Assembly (NCBI GenBank): GCA_026023565.1
Contig: JAPETS010000023.1
Span: 1-64,000, forward strand
Source of the DNA: Cirrosporium novae-zelandiae
Taxonomy: Eukaryota
Length of the DNA stretch: 64,000 nucleotides
Reading direction: 5' to 3'
In this document: positions 12,601 through 24,472 of the stretch, one piece after another
How the letters are laid out: every line of letters begins with the position of its first letter
Numbering within the stretch: position 1 is the first letter of the stretch
Program-made: the position numbers and the translations under genes
Notes under the pieces: model-generated
Seen by the model: the letters and a program-made list of their open reading frames with translations, nothing else
The model's database searches: none
What the model was told of the DNA's origin: nothing

Positions 12601-12959
12601 ACATCAGAACCCACTGTTTGATTCAATAGTTATGATGAAAAGATTGGAGAGAACTAACGGCCTGGCAAAGCTCTTGGAACATATATGACAGGAATACGGT
12701 TTTTCTTGAGTGTCTGTTATGGGTCAGGATACTCAACTAGCTGCAAGCACCCCAGGCAAGGAGACGTACGAGATCTGACATGTCGAGCAAGATGGTCCAG
12801 TCGGGTATAACTTCGCTTGCAATCACCACATTGGAAAAGACCCTGACTAGACTTGGTCGTTGAAGATGACGCTTGAGAAGATCCAGAAGGTTCTTCGGGG
12901 ATTTTACTAGGGGAATTGGCCAAAGGAAGCTGCTGAAGTGGTGTCGGATCGGAAGACAT
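9694..12959 (-). CDS. Transcription factor with two C2H2 fingers + Zn(II)2Cys6 cluster + fungal-specific TF middle region (multi-exon)
   Basis: Spliced translation: FQCGDCKRSYTRLDHLARHVRSH-TQEKPYSCHICSKSFAR..DLVKRH; then CKACATAKLKCEEEKPCRRCRQRNISC (~12400-12480); downstream WIHSPSF, W..WVEIESFKR, PLISYAEMNLPLP, LWQAQNAAQWK; GT..AG introns link the ORF fragments. Confidence 0.88.
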
Positions 12960-13556
12960 GAGGAAAAGGCGAAATCCGAAATATTATCGGAATAGACAGA
13001 AGCACATGGGAAGTGGAGAAGCAGACTATAAAGATGACTACTATACTTCAATACGAGTGGGGGGGGGGAGAAGGGATATGCTATCTGTTTAAATCCCATA
13101 GATATCAAGTATCAAGTGTTTGGTGGAAGGGGAGAATTTCTCTCTGGTGTCAAGTTGGTTGAGGTGTTGGGTTGGTTGATAGCACAGTAGCGCCCATGTG
13201 GACTTTTTTGTTTTTTTTGTTTTTTTTCATTTCCCCGCATTTTGCAACGGAGACTAAAGATATGAATAATACTTGTAATTGTTGCTAGTTGGTTGGATGT
13301 AATGGACGCGTACTATTTTTTAAAAAAAGGCCTTATCAAAGCTTGGGAAAGTATGTGAAAGCTTTGAAAATGGCTTAAGGTGTAGCTTACTGTGGTAAGA
13401 TGCTTGTAATGAGACAGTGACTCTTAAGCGGGGAAGCGGGGAAATTGGCGTCCATTAGTATCCTTTAGTGTTGCATTAGCGTCACTATAGTGTATCACTG
13501 GTTGATCATTTGAAATCTATCCAAGCAAAAAGGATTCAAGTGAAATCTCCAATCGA

Positions 13557-13612
13557 AAGGAAGAGAAGGGGAAGGGAAGGAGAAGGGAAGGAGAAGGGAA
13601 GAGAAGGGGGGA
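13557..13612. repeat. Purine-rich GAAGG/GGGAA simple repeat in the TF-cupin divergent promoter
   Basis: aaggaagagaaggggaagggaaggagaagggaaggagaagggaagagaagggggg. Confidence 0.7.
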
Positions 13613-14156
13613 GAGGAATATTCATGACGTTACACCCACCCAAGGCAGTCAGAGCAGCCACATGAATCTTCGGCTGTTCCATCGGAATTCGTCCACCTCG
13701 GCAAGGTCCCTTTCCCCCCCCCCATTCTCCTCCTCTTGCCTAATCGCTTGCCATCCAGTCATCTACTTTCAGGAGGGGATCTTTATATCACCAGAAAAAA
13801 AGGGCATTGGGGAGATGGGGCTCATGGGTTCTAGATATATGCATAATGTAATCTTGTTATCTTGATTGCTGAAATGATACTTGCCGTGAATAATACCGAA
13901 AGGTTCGGCTTTGGATGTCATACCTAACCTACCTGACCTTATCCACCTCGGAAGTCGTGCAAAGGTCCACGATTCTATCTGAAAAGTTATCATATCCTTT
14001 TATGTTGTCTACTGTGATCTAATTTCTTTTCACAGTCTCTTTTCATACTTCAGTACCTGATCCTTCATTCCAGAAGACTTGTTTTCAGCCCTACTATCTT
14101 CAACCCCATCTCTACTCATCTCGTTTTCCCCTTTCAAGATCATCTTTGCACCCATC

Positions 14157-14799
14157 ATGTCTCACCAACAAAGTGAACTCAAGAAGCCAGAAGAATGGAC
14201 ATTTGAAGATAAAGACATTCGTCCCTTCTTCCGCCATATAACCACCCACTCTCCAGACGGACAGGCTATCTTCTCGGATGCCATTCCCGCTCCTGCTCCT
14301 GCACAGACTCTCCCCGACGGCGCTCAATTCTGCTTGTTATATGCTACAAATACTTTCCCTGTGGACTTCTCCAAGGATGTTCCTGACTACGCCAATTATC
14401 TAGAGAAACCGCCTGGCGTCACCATCAGCACCGGTTCAGTATGTCGTGTGGTGGACATGAGACCCGGAGCTCTTTCCCCCATGCATCGCACCGTTAGTTT
14501 AGACTACGGCGTAGTGATAGAAGGAGAAGTGGAGATTGTTTTGGATTCGGGGGAGACGAGGAAGCTGTCGAGAGGTGATGTTGTTATCCAACGAGGTATG
14601 GAGACCTAGGATTAAAATCTGGAGGCCAGTCATGCTGAACAAAATGTCTGTAGGAACAATGCATGCTTGGAGGAATTTATCCCCGGATAAGTGGGCGAGA
14701 ATGTTATATGTCTTGGTTCCAGCTGAGAAGATTATAGCTGGGGAAAAGGAATTGGGTGAGGATACGGGGACAATTCCTGGAATTAGGGCTTCGGACTAA
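14157..14799 (+). CDS. Cupin_2 domain protein
   Basis: Cupin motifs PMHRTVSLDYGVVIEGE and GDVVIQRG/TMHAWRN; intron 14596-14653. Confidence 0.88.
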
Positions 14800-14989
14800 G
14801 GATAAAAATTGATTGATGATGATATATAGCATTGAGAGCTCTGACAAGCCACTTTAGATCAGACAATTAATAGAGTTAGGCAGATACCGTACACCAGCAC
14901 TGAGTGAACGCCTCCCCCATGAGAATACAGTTCTACTATATCTCATTACACTTCTTTGAACTATACCCACGCCCCTTGTCCATTACACT

Positions 14990-15425
14990 TCACCACTCTC
15001 CTGCAATTTCGTATCGAAAGATGTTACTATTAATCTTCCCACCCGTCGCTCTCCAAAGACTATTGACGTTCTAAATTCTCTCATATCAGCCATCTCCCAA
15101 ATTTCAAAAACAAAGACAAGAAATCCCCACAAAGACCTACCCCTAGAACCCAGCACCCACCCAACATAGTCTGAATAAATACAAACTCCGCTGCCCCATG
15201 TCCCGCCGGACGATCTTCGAGACTTAGATTAGTGTTGATGGGGCGAGGGGGTGGAACACGGCGATAATTGCGGGGCCAATTTGCCGGGAGAGGAGCTGTG
15301 GAACTGGGATGGGAGTTTGGGGGAGGAGCTGCGTTGGTGTTATCTCCGGTATGTTTGACTTCGTAGTCGGCGAGGATGCGAAGAGAATGTTGCGTTGTGG
15401 GGTTGGCTGTTGTGGTGACGGACAT
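14990..15425 (-). CDS. Small (~121 aa) hypothetical protein, two exons
   Basis: Exon 15425-15141, intron GTAGGT..TTAG (15140-15071), exon 2 reads NVNSLWRATGGKINSNIFRYEIAGEW*; contains WPRNYRRVPPPRPINTNL. Confidence 0.65.
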
Positions 15426-16314
15426 TTTGACTTTAGAATCTTTCTTGTCGGTTGTGTGTATGCTGAAGTTGATACTGGGTTACAAGGTAATCAAACGAAG
15501 CAGTGAAAGTATATGGGACCCAGGCACGGTGTACAAGTCAACAAGTTGATGGTTTTAAACGGTTGAAAACTTTGACTTATTCAAGGAATAAGAATGCAAA
15601 AAATGAAGTTGAGATGAATATATTTGGTATACATTCAAATGTTGGTAGATGGTCATTCGGCGGTCCTCGACTACCTTGGATAAACCCAATACACGATATT
15701 AGATGTCAACTATTCAGCTGGCACCTGAAAACAGAAACGGACCGTAATTCAACACCAATGCCCTCCCAAATATCTTACAGGTTCTCGTCGCTTACCCGAT
15801 GGCGGTATGCTGTGAAGCACGAACATCCCCGAAAGTGGGGAGAATGCCCTCGGGTTGCTCTTTGCCCACCTCGGCACGTCTCTTGAGAAAAACCACGGTA
15901 AAACAACAGTGAACAACAGTCCAATCACAAATACGGCGCCTGTGACACTTTACCAACCTAGGTACCGAAAGTGATTAACATCATGCCTAAAGGAATAACC
16001 GCAAAGAGCTACCATGTAGGGATGGGGACATTGATTGATGCCGACCATGATTCCCCGAGCCCGTGCTCTATACCTAGGGAATAACGGGACATGAAGATGG
16101 GAAAAAACAGCTGGCTCATTGTCAGCTACAATTGCGATTTGTAGCTCTCAATATCCTGAAGCTTTGAGCTCCTGGGCTACCTTTTTTATTTTGCATGCTT
16201 CCTGTTTGTTGACTTGCTATTCGTACGACGTTACACCGAAGAAAATAAAGAAAACTGGAGTCCGTGTCACCAAACCAGGCTGAAGACGAAGAGGGCTCCT
16301 ACATCACCGTCAGG

Positions 16315-18125
16315 ATGTCTTCGTCGTCGAGTTCCAGCTCCCAGTCGTTAGCACGGCTTCTCGCCGCCGAGGTCGATGGACGAACCGCCGCTCCCCGCTA
16401 TCGCCTGAGCCAGCTCCGCCATCTGCATACCGCTCTTCTCTCCAATGCCCAGGAACTGCGTGAGGCCATCATCGCGGACTCGGGTCACACCCCCGCGGAA
16501 GCCGAGGCCGAGTTTTTGCTGACGATGGCCTGTGTAAGGGAGTTTTTTGGTGGGATTGATGTGAAGAAGGATGTAGAGGAAGAGTATAGGGTTGCGCGGG
16601 GGGAGAGTGCGCCGGAGAGGAGAGTTGGGAAAGGGCTCGTTTGGATAGTTACCGGACCTGGTCCAGGATTGTTTGGTGTAGTGGGTGCGGTTGGGGCAGC
16701 GGTAGCCGCAGGAAACTGTGTTGTCGTTGAGGTGAGTGGGCTTTTTTTTTTATGAAAACAAGTATTGCGCCTAGCAAGGCCTAGCCGTGGTCTTGTATAT
16801 GATTCAAGATCTGTGTCAAAAGCCCCACTCATTCGTACCTTTTCTTAGTACTTCTATTAAATTTCCCTTGTTTAAATTCTTTACAATATCTATTCTAACG
16901 ATCCCCTCCAGCTCCCTTCAACAACCCAATCCCTCCCCGCTCTCCTACGACGCATTCTCCCCTCCGCCCTCGACAACGACACCTTTCTCATAACAACCAC
17001 CTCCTCAGCCCCCTCACCCTTACCCTCCTGCATTCTAGTCCACCAGCCCGCCACTCCCCCAACTTCGCAACAAGCAATCCAATACGTAACTCCGAGCCCC
17101 CTACCCCCCGTCCTCGCAATCGTCGATCGGACTGCAAACCTCTCCATCGCAGCCAAAGCGCTCGTAACCGCGCGCTTCGGCTTCAATGGAAAAAGCTCAT
17201 ATGCGCCGGACGTGGTGCTGGTGGACGAGGGCGTGAGGGGGGGATTCGTGGATGCGGTGGTTAGGGAGGCCGGTAGGCTACTAGCAGAGAAAAGAGGAGG
17301 AGGAGGAAAAGCCTCAAGAACTCGGAGAGACGAAGAAGAAGGAAAAACCCTAGAAGAAGCAAGGAGATCCGGAAGGGTAGTCGTGGAAGGTGGAAACGGC
17401 ATCGTGATTGAAATCGACGAAAGAGACTCCGCCATCCTCCATCGAAAAATAAACTCCCCGCTTCTCCTGATCCACACAATAACCTCCCTCGACGATGCCA
17501 TCACCTTCGCCACAACAACAACAACAACAACAACATCCCCCAATCCAACCGCGAGCCCGCCGCATCTGGCGACTATGATTTTCGCTCAGAATGCCTCAGC
17601 CAAATATCTGGCGCAGTTTATTCCGAGCCGTTTGAGCCTTGTGAATCATATCCCGTTTCATTTGTTAGGTACGTTATTTTCTTCCCCCCCCCTTCTCTTC
17701 TCCTTCCCCACACAAAATAACAACTAACCCATTAACGCAAAACACCAACAGTCGGCCCCCCCTACCCTCTAAACACCCCCCTCCCCCTAAACACCCTAAC
17801 CCGCTACACGCCCCCCATGTTCACAATCGCCCTTCCAATCCTCCTTCCCCCCCCCTCTTCCTCCCCCAACCCCACAACCCCCACATCCGACCTCATAACC
17901 GACCTCCTCACAACCTCCTCTTCATCCCCAATTTCCCCTTCTCACCTCCTCGCAAAAGCCCAAACACTAGCGGCTACGCCGCTTCCAGAAGACGATCAGA
18001 GAGATGGGAAGAGAGTTGGGTTTTTTGAACAGGGGTTGTTTATTGGTACGGGGGTTACGGCACTCACGGTTGGAGGAGTGGCGGGGGTTGGGGTTTGGGG
18101 GGTTCGGAGGTTTTTGAGGGGGTAA
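16315..18125 (+). CDS. Aldehyde-dehydrogenase-fold protein (ALDH3-like), catalytic residues degenerate, C-terminal hydrophobic anchor
   Basis: YRLSQLRHLH..LREAIIADSG, GAAVAAGNCVVVE, AIVDRTANL..AA..L..ARFGFNGKSSYAPDVVLV, SPLLLIH...LDDAI; introns ~16732-16911 and ~17669-17751; C-terminus FFEQGLFIGTGVTALTVGGVAGVGVW. Confidence 0.8.
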
Positions 18126-18605
18126 GAGGGGGATGGGATGGGAAGGGGATAGGACTTATGCATTTTTTGGCATTTTCAAATTTTACTTGTACCCCTGTGA
18201 AATTGTACTCAGTATTTTTACTATTTTTTTTTTTTATATTTTAGTATTATCTAAGGTGTCCATTAATTCCATTTTACCTAAGTCATCATCATCATCAAAA
18301 ATAAAAAAACCAAAAAACCAAAAAACCAAAAAACCAAATTGGAAGCAAGATGTGTTTGTTTAGTCTAGTTAGCATAATTAATAAATTACACAAATTATTC
18401 AGCGCGCACGAAAGACAACAACAAGCAAGAAGAGCAAGACTAGAAAACATATCACTCTAATCAACCTGCCTTTCATCTCCTTTCCCCCCCCCCCGATCCA
18501 TCTCAGGCTCTATCATCCGTACCTGTATCTCTAGCTCTATCCTTACATCATCAAGTTCTAGACTTCTAAACTTTCCCCTCTCCTCTTCTTCTATAATCCC
18601 TTCCT

Positions 18606-20595
18606 TCACAACTTCGCACCAGCACCAGCCTTATCCAGAACAAACCCCTCATACCCATTATTTCGACTCCCTTCAATATTCTCAATATACCCCGGCATTC
18701 CACCAGTCCTACATTAAATTAGCCAGATCAGTTCCACTTCCCCTCCCCTCTCCTCCCTTCCCCCTTAAACCAAAAATAAACAGCAAAAATCCAATCCAAA
18801 AAACTTACCAGTTCAAAGCCTCAATCCTCTTACCCGGGATATTACACCCCTGATACCAACTCTTAGCTTTAGGAAACAAGCTATCAGCCCAAATATCATC
18901 AACTTTTTTCTTCCATGTGATTTCGGCCTCGCGTGTTGCTTCGATGCGGGTTATGTTTTTAGTGTGGAGATCTGAGAGGACGCGGGCGAGCCATTCGGCT
19001 TGGATTTGTACGCAGGTTGGGCCGTTGGAGAAGGCTGTGGGGGCTTGGGGACCTGTATTGTGGGAAGGGGGACTGTTGGTTTCGGAAGTGATAAGGAGAT
19101 AGAAGGAAGGGAGGGACAACATACCATATATAAAAAACATATTTGGGAATCCGTGACATGCCATTCCTAAATATGTATACACACCATTTTTCCAATGCTG
19201 TCCGACGCTCCTGTTCTCGTTTACCCCCCGAATGTCCATCTGTGTCAAGCCACCTGTTAAGCTGTCGAAGCCTGTTGCTAGGATTAGTACGTCTAGAGGA
19301 ACGAACCCCGAAGACGTGCGGATGCCATTTTCTGTGACTTCTTCGATGGGTGTTTGAGAAAGATCAATTAAATCGACGTTGGGTTGGTTGTAGATTTCGT
19401 AGTAATGCTGTTCGAGCGAAGGGCGTTTTGTTCCAAAGGGGTGTGGGGGGTCTAGTGGCGCGAGGATATCTTTCATCCTCTCATCATGTATTCTGGCACG
19501 AGCCTTCTTCACCCAGAACCGATAGCACTCGTCATTTGTCGCTTGGTTGTGATATATATCCTTGTAATTTGCCAGCCAGAAGCGAAACCCGCCTTCCTCA
19601 AATAGCGATTCGAAGAAGGCTTCTCTTTCCTCGGGCGTGTCATCGAAGCAATTGCGGTCTACGAAGTCGAAGGCAAACCCTGCAAAAGTTTTCCGGCTGT
19701 GCAAGAAGGCACGCTTGTATTCACCTGAGGTTTTGAGTTTTTCTTGCGAGGTAGGGTCAACGGAGCCCTGTTGCATAGGGAGCGCGAGGTTCGGGGTTCG
19801 TTGGTAGACGGTTAGATGTGAGGCTTCGGGGCCAGTGGTTTGGATTGCTTGGACGCCAGTGGCGCCTGTGCCGATGACAGCGACTGTGGGACGGAGGATA
19901 GGTTAGCGGGGGGATGGAGAGTGTAGAGAAAGGATATAGTTTTCCTAAGAGAGGGGTGGGGATGGGTAAGGTGACCAACGAACCTCTTTTTCCTTTTACG
20001 TCGAGGCCCTCTTGTGGCCAGCTCGCGGTATGAAAGCATTTTCCCTTGAAGCTCCCCAGGCCGGGATAATCAGGTATAAACTTTTTGCTTGCGAAGCCTA
20101 CACAAGGAATAAACCACCTGCATTTTGTCTTGCTTCCATCCTGGCACGTAACGATCCATTTATGTTGACTTTCATCGAAATCCGCTGACACCACCTCGGT
20201 ATTGTACTCGATGTCCTTGTTGAGATCCCATCTCTCTGTCACGTAAGCAAAGTATTTGCGCAGTTCTTGCCATCCCGGAAATTTCTCTGTGAATGTCCAG
20301 TCGCAGTACAAATCTTCGTCGAAGAGTTGGTAGAGTGGAAGGTCGGAGTCTACACGTGCCCCTGGATAGCAGTTCCAGTACCAGATGCCGCCGGCACCGG
20401 CGCCTCGTTCATATACTTTTACTTTGAAGCCTAGATTGCGAAGTCTGTGGATTTGAGGTAATGTTAGTAGGAGAAAAACAGCAATGAGATAAAGTGGAAG
20501 ATAGAAGATACCAACTTTTGTAGAGTGGATAAAGCCCCTAGGCCTGCACCTACGATTAAGGCGTCAACTTCTTTGACTGGAATTGAAGCATCCAT
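18606..20595 (-). CDS. Type I Baeyer-Villiger monooxygenase (cyclohexanone/cyclopentanone monooxygenase-like), C-terminal PTS1 -AKL
   Basis: GAGLGA Rossmann motif, GGIWYWNCYPGARVDSD, fingerprint FKGKCFHTASWP, GTGATG, ATGFD, SWYQGCNIPGK; last exon TGGMPGYIENIEGSRNNGYEGFVLDKAGAGAKL*. Confidence 0.92.
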
Positions 20596-21373
20596 ATTTG
20601 TTTTATTTGATTTTCAATAGATTTAGGAAATAAGGTAATAGAATGTAAAAACTTAAAACAGTAAACAGTTACACTGAACGAGAGTAGTGTAACGTATAAA
20701 CAATATTGAGTAGTCACGATAGGGGAGTGTGCCGTCTTATAAATTAGGGCATCGTGGTACTATCTTGGTCATCCCACAGTGGATATTGACTCTGGATTAG
20801 CAACAATAGGCTCCCTTCGACCTCGGATCTCTCATTCCCATCATATGACATTTAGAATGGGATATGGGGTTTTTTTGATAGTGATCATACCTGGATGATC
20901 GTGGATAGTTTGATAGAAGTTGTTGAGAGTCAAGAAACGGGATACCTGATTAGGGTTGCGGGGTAGCACAAGACGCGGGGAAGATACATGTACGAGGGTG
21001 CTGCAGGGGTACAAAGAGATGCAAAGTATCTGAGACTTAGAGTCAGAACTGCCGTGTGGGGGTAAACATCTATATTTGCTCCTGCTTCATCATTAATATT
21101 GCTTGCTATATGGGTGAGAGGCTTGAATCCCCCGACTTCATGTACTGTACAGTACCAGCAACATAAGCAGCTTGGCAAAAGTCATGTAAATTGAACATCG
21201 GAATTTTTCCGTCCTCATCTACTGTCCAAGTCGGTGCTTTGATTCCCGAGATGAAATTACTTCAGTTAGACTATCAGAAATAATGGTCATATCAGTGCTA
21301 AATTTGAAAGCTATCCCATCACAATAGATAGCGGTGAAATACCAAACAGTCCAATTGGTTGGCAGCCTACCCT

Positions 21374-23938
21374 TTATTCAATCCTAACGGCCGTGGAGAC
21401 ATCAGGTACCCCAACACCAGATACCACTTTAGCCGACACAACTTCCATTATCGGGATTTCGGCGAGTCTCGATGTGACATGGTGTAGAGTTGGGAGTGCC
21501 TCCCAATCCAATCCATCCATTTTGATTGACGCACTCTTCGCTTGGTAGACCTCCTTAACAACCGATGGGACGACCTTTGATTCTTCTGCGTGGGGAACGA
21601 ATACAGGATACTGTGCTTCAGCCTTACCACGAGCCCCAACAGATGGTATATATCTGTACACGAGGATCCCGTCATCCGCTTCACCACCAATAGTTCCTGC
21701 TTCAGTCTTGGGATCTTGGGATTCAAGGCCTTCCCATGCAAATTCACCCCAGGTAGCTCCCTCCCATCCTGTTTGTATGCGATAAGACTTCTCACGTCGG
21801 TAGACATCAATCGAGGTATATAATTTTGGCATCCCTAGCTCTTCTCTTCCACTGACAATCGGATCTGTTAGACTTTCAAAAAGGATTGGCATATATGTCC
21901 CGTTGATAACTTCGCCATTGGCTTTTTTATACTGAACTCCGTGAATGTATAGTCCGAGGTGTCGGTATCCAGAACCCCCTAACCATTCCATCTTACCGAG
22001 TGTGGTTTGGGAGAAACTCGCATAGGCTACAGTTCCAGGACTCTTGAACGAAAAGGATTCTGTTGGAAACAGATTCTGGAGTAGGGTTCTTGAGGTTTTG
22101 AATTTGATCGATGCTGTAGTAAAGGTAGATTCTGTTGCCACTCGTGGTTGGCCATTAAACCTCTGTCGAGGTCCTGGCATTGGTCCAAATGCTACGGGCA
22201 TACGCCAATATAGACTCGGGGTTCTGGCCCATGTCCATTTCCTCAATTTCTGGGTAGAGTAATCCCATTCATCGTGGCCGAAATTATAATTCGTGTATTC
22301 CATCACTTGCTATAGTTAGTAGAAATTTCTTAACGGGTAGAGTGAGATATACTATTCAGTTTGGCCCCATCTTTTCTATCAGCCCCAGCAAGTCTAGTAT
22401 ATTGCTGGATGCGGTGTGCACGTTCGTATCTGCATTCCTCGTACAACTTCAGACGTTCGGGAACCTCATGTGGCTGCGTTCCAGGTCCGAGGACGACAGC
22501 GAGAGATGCAGCATCCTCGATAGCAATGCCACCGCCTTGTCCTTGATCTAATAATGATCAGCTTTGAGGTTGCGAGTTGTGGTGGTTGATCATACGTGGA
22601 AGGAATGGATGTGCTGCATCACCTATGACCGCTAACCGGCCATTGACCCAAGTGGGAAGTTCCTTCATGTCCATCAAATTCCATAGCTTTAGTGTTTCAG
22701 GATCCGCTTTTGAGATGAGTGCGACAACTGCAGGGTCGAAATTCTTGAAGACTTCAACGAGCTTTTCTTTATGTGTGCTACCACTCCAATCTATGATGAT
22801 TAGCAACGCTCTCGGCTAGGTTATAATAGGATTGTTTACCTCCACTAGCTTCTGTTTCAGTGTCGGGATGGATACAGACAAAATTCAATAACTCATTATC
22901 TTTGCAGGGGTATTTCACGATGCGCCGGTCTTCTGCATACCATATAGCTAGCTCACCATCTTTCTCTGCGAACTTTCTGGTTTGTGGGTCGTCTAGAGCT
23001 GTCTGCCTGCTAATGAGGAAGCGAAAAGCATTCTTTCCAGAAGAAAAAGGTTTGATACTCTCAGCTAGTTTCGATCGCGCCTTAGACTAGTAAACGGTCA
23101 GCTTTAACACATGAATATAAGGAATAATGATAAAGATAGTATGACCGTACGTGAACACCATCGGCCCCAATAACAACGTCCCCTTGAAATTTCTCTCCAT
23201 TTTCGAGGATAACAATCGCCTTATCGCAATCGATATCAACAACCTTGCTGGATGTGCGCAGCTCAGCAGGTTTGCCTTTGCCCTTTGGGGTTGTAGCCTT
23301 CTGTTTCAAAGCATTGTGAAGATATACACGATGAGCAAGAAGCCATGACTAACTACCTATTAGTAAATATATCTAAGGATATGTGATGAGTCTTGTCTCT
23401 TACATGCTGCCATAAGTGACTTTGTTGGTCGACCTCGACTTCATTATTCGTTTCTCCGCTTTGCGTGTAATCGACAAACTAAGTTTGTTCATTTTAGTCA
23501 GCATTTTGTCTAATTTTGTTTGGCTCTAAGTGATGAACACGAGAACATTTCAACAACTGTATTTGGAAATTCCCCTCTTCAATAGTTAATGGGGTACGAC
23601 ATAGGACCTTACCCTTTGCATCAGATTTGCTCCAAGCTCTTCATCTGGTACTCCAAACTTTAGGAGAATTCCGTGGCAATTAGGCGCAAGATGTATTGCA
23701 GCGCCGAGCTCATTCGCGAATCTCGATTGCTCGAACAACTAACACATTCCTTCAGTAATATTTCCATATCGTCACTCAAATTCTTACTAACAATGACTTC
23801 ATGACCTTGCTGTCGCAGTCCAATTGCGGCTGTGAGCCCCCCTATGCCAGCACCTACAATTAGCACCTTAAGGTGGTCTTTGTGGTCTTCATTCGTCCCG
23901 TTCGCCTTTGCGCTTCCATTAACAAGAACAGATGCCAT
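21374..23938 (-). CDS. Group A FAD-dependent aromatic hydroxylase (salicylate-hydroxylase-like) fused to a C-terminal acetoacetate-decarboxylase-like domain
   Basis: GAGIGGL, VIGADGVH, IGDAAHPFLP..GQGGGIAIED motifs across exons; last exon has ADC-family FESLTDPIVSGREELGMPK; intron ~22306-22352 joins both parts in frame (AKLN-MMEY). Confidence 0.88.
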
Positions 23939-24472
23939 GATGAGTATAGTTTATAGACTCTTATCCGTTGCACACGGTTAGCAATGGGAACTTCTGTGTT
24001 ATAAACACCGGCTTGACACCAGACCCGGAACTACGAGAATTGATATATATGTGAAAACTAATACTGTTACAACCCATTCCCAGACCCTCAGTCGCAAACA
24101 AACCTCGGGCAAAGTTCCCGCTATTGCATACCCGAAGTTTACAGCTTTATGAAATGTAAAAACAATTATTTCTAAAGTGGACATGGATTTGTGCAAGCCA
24201 TCTTGTGTCAAACCCCTCCACGGCCCCACCCCCTCCACCTCGGCATTCTAGCTACCAGGTATGGAGCTTGTGTGACGAGCTGCTTGAGGGGAGTATGGAA
24301 ATCCCCCGCCAAACGAACCGTGGAACTACCGAGACAACATATTAGTAATTATCAAACTTGAAAATTCCTCTCCAATTGACTAGAATTGGTCTCATCATAA
24401 ATATTGATTGCCAATCCTCAGTATTATTTGTGTGCGAGTTTTACTGAGTTTGATACAATATCTAGTTCCAAG

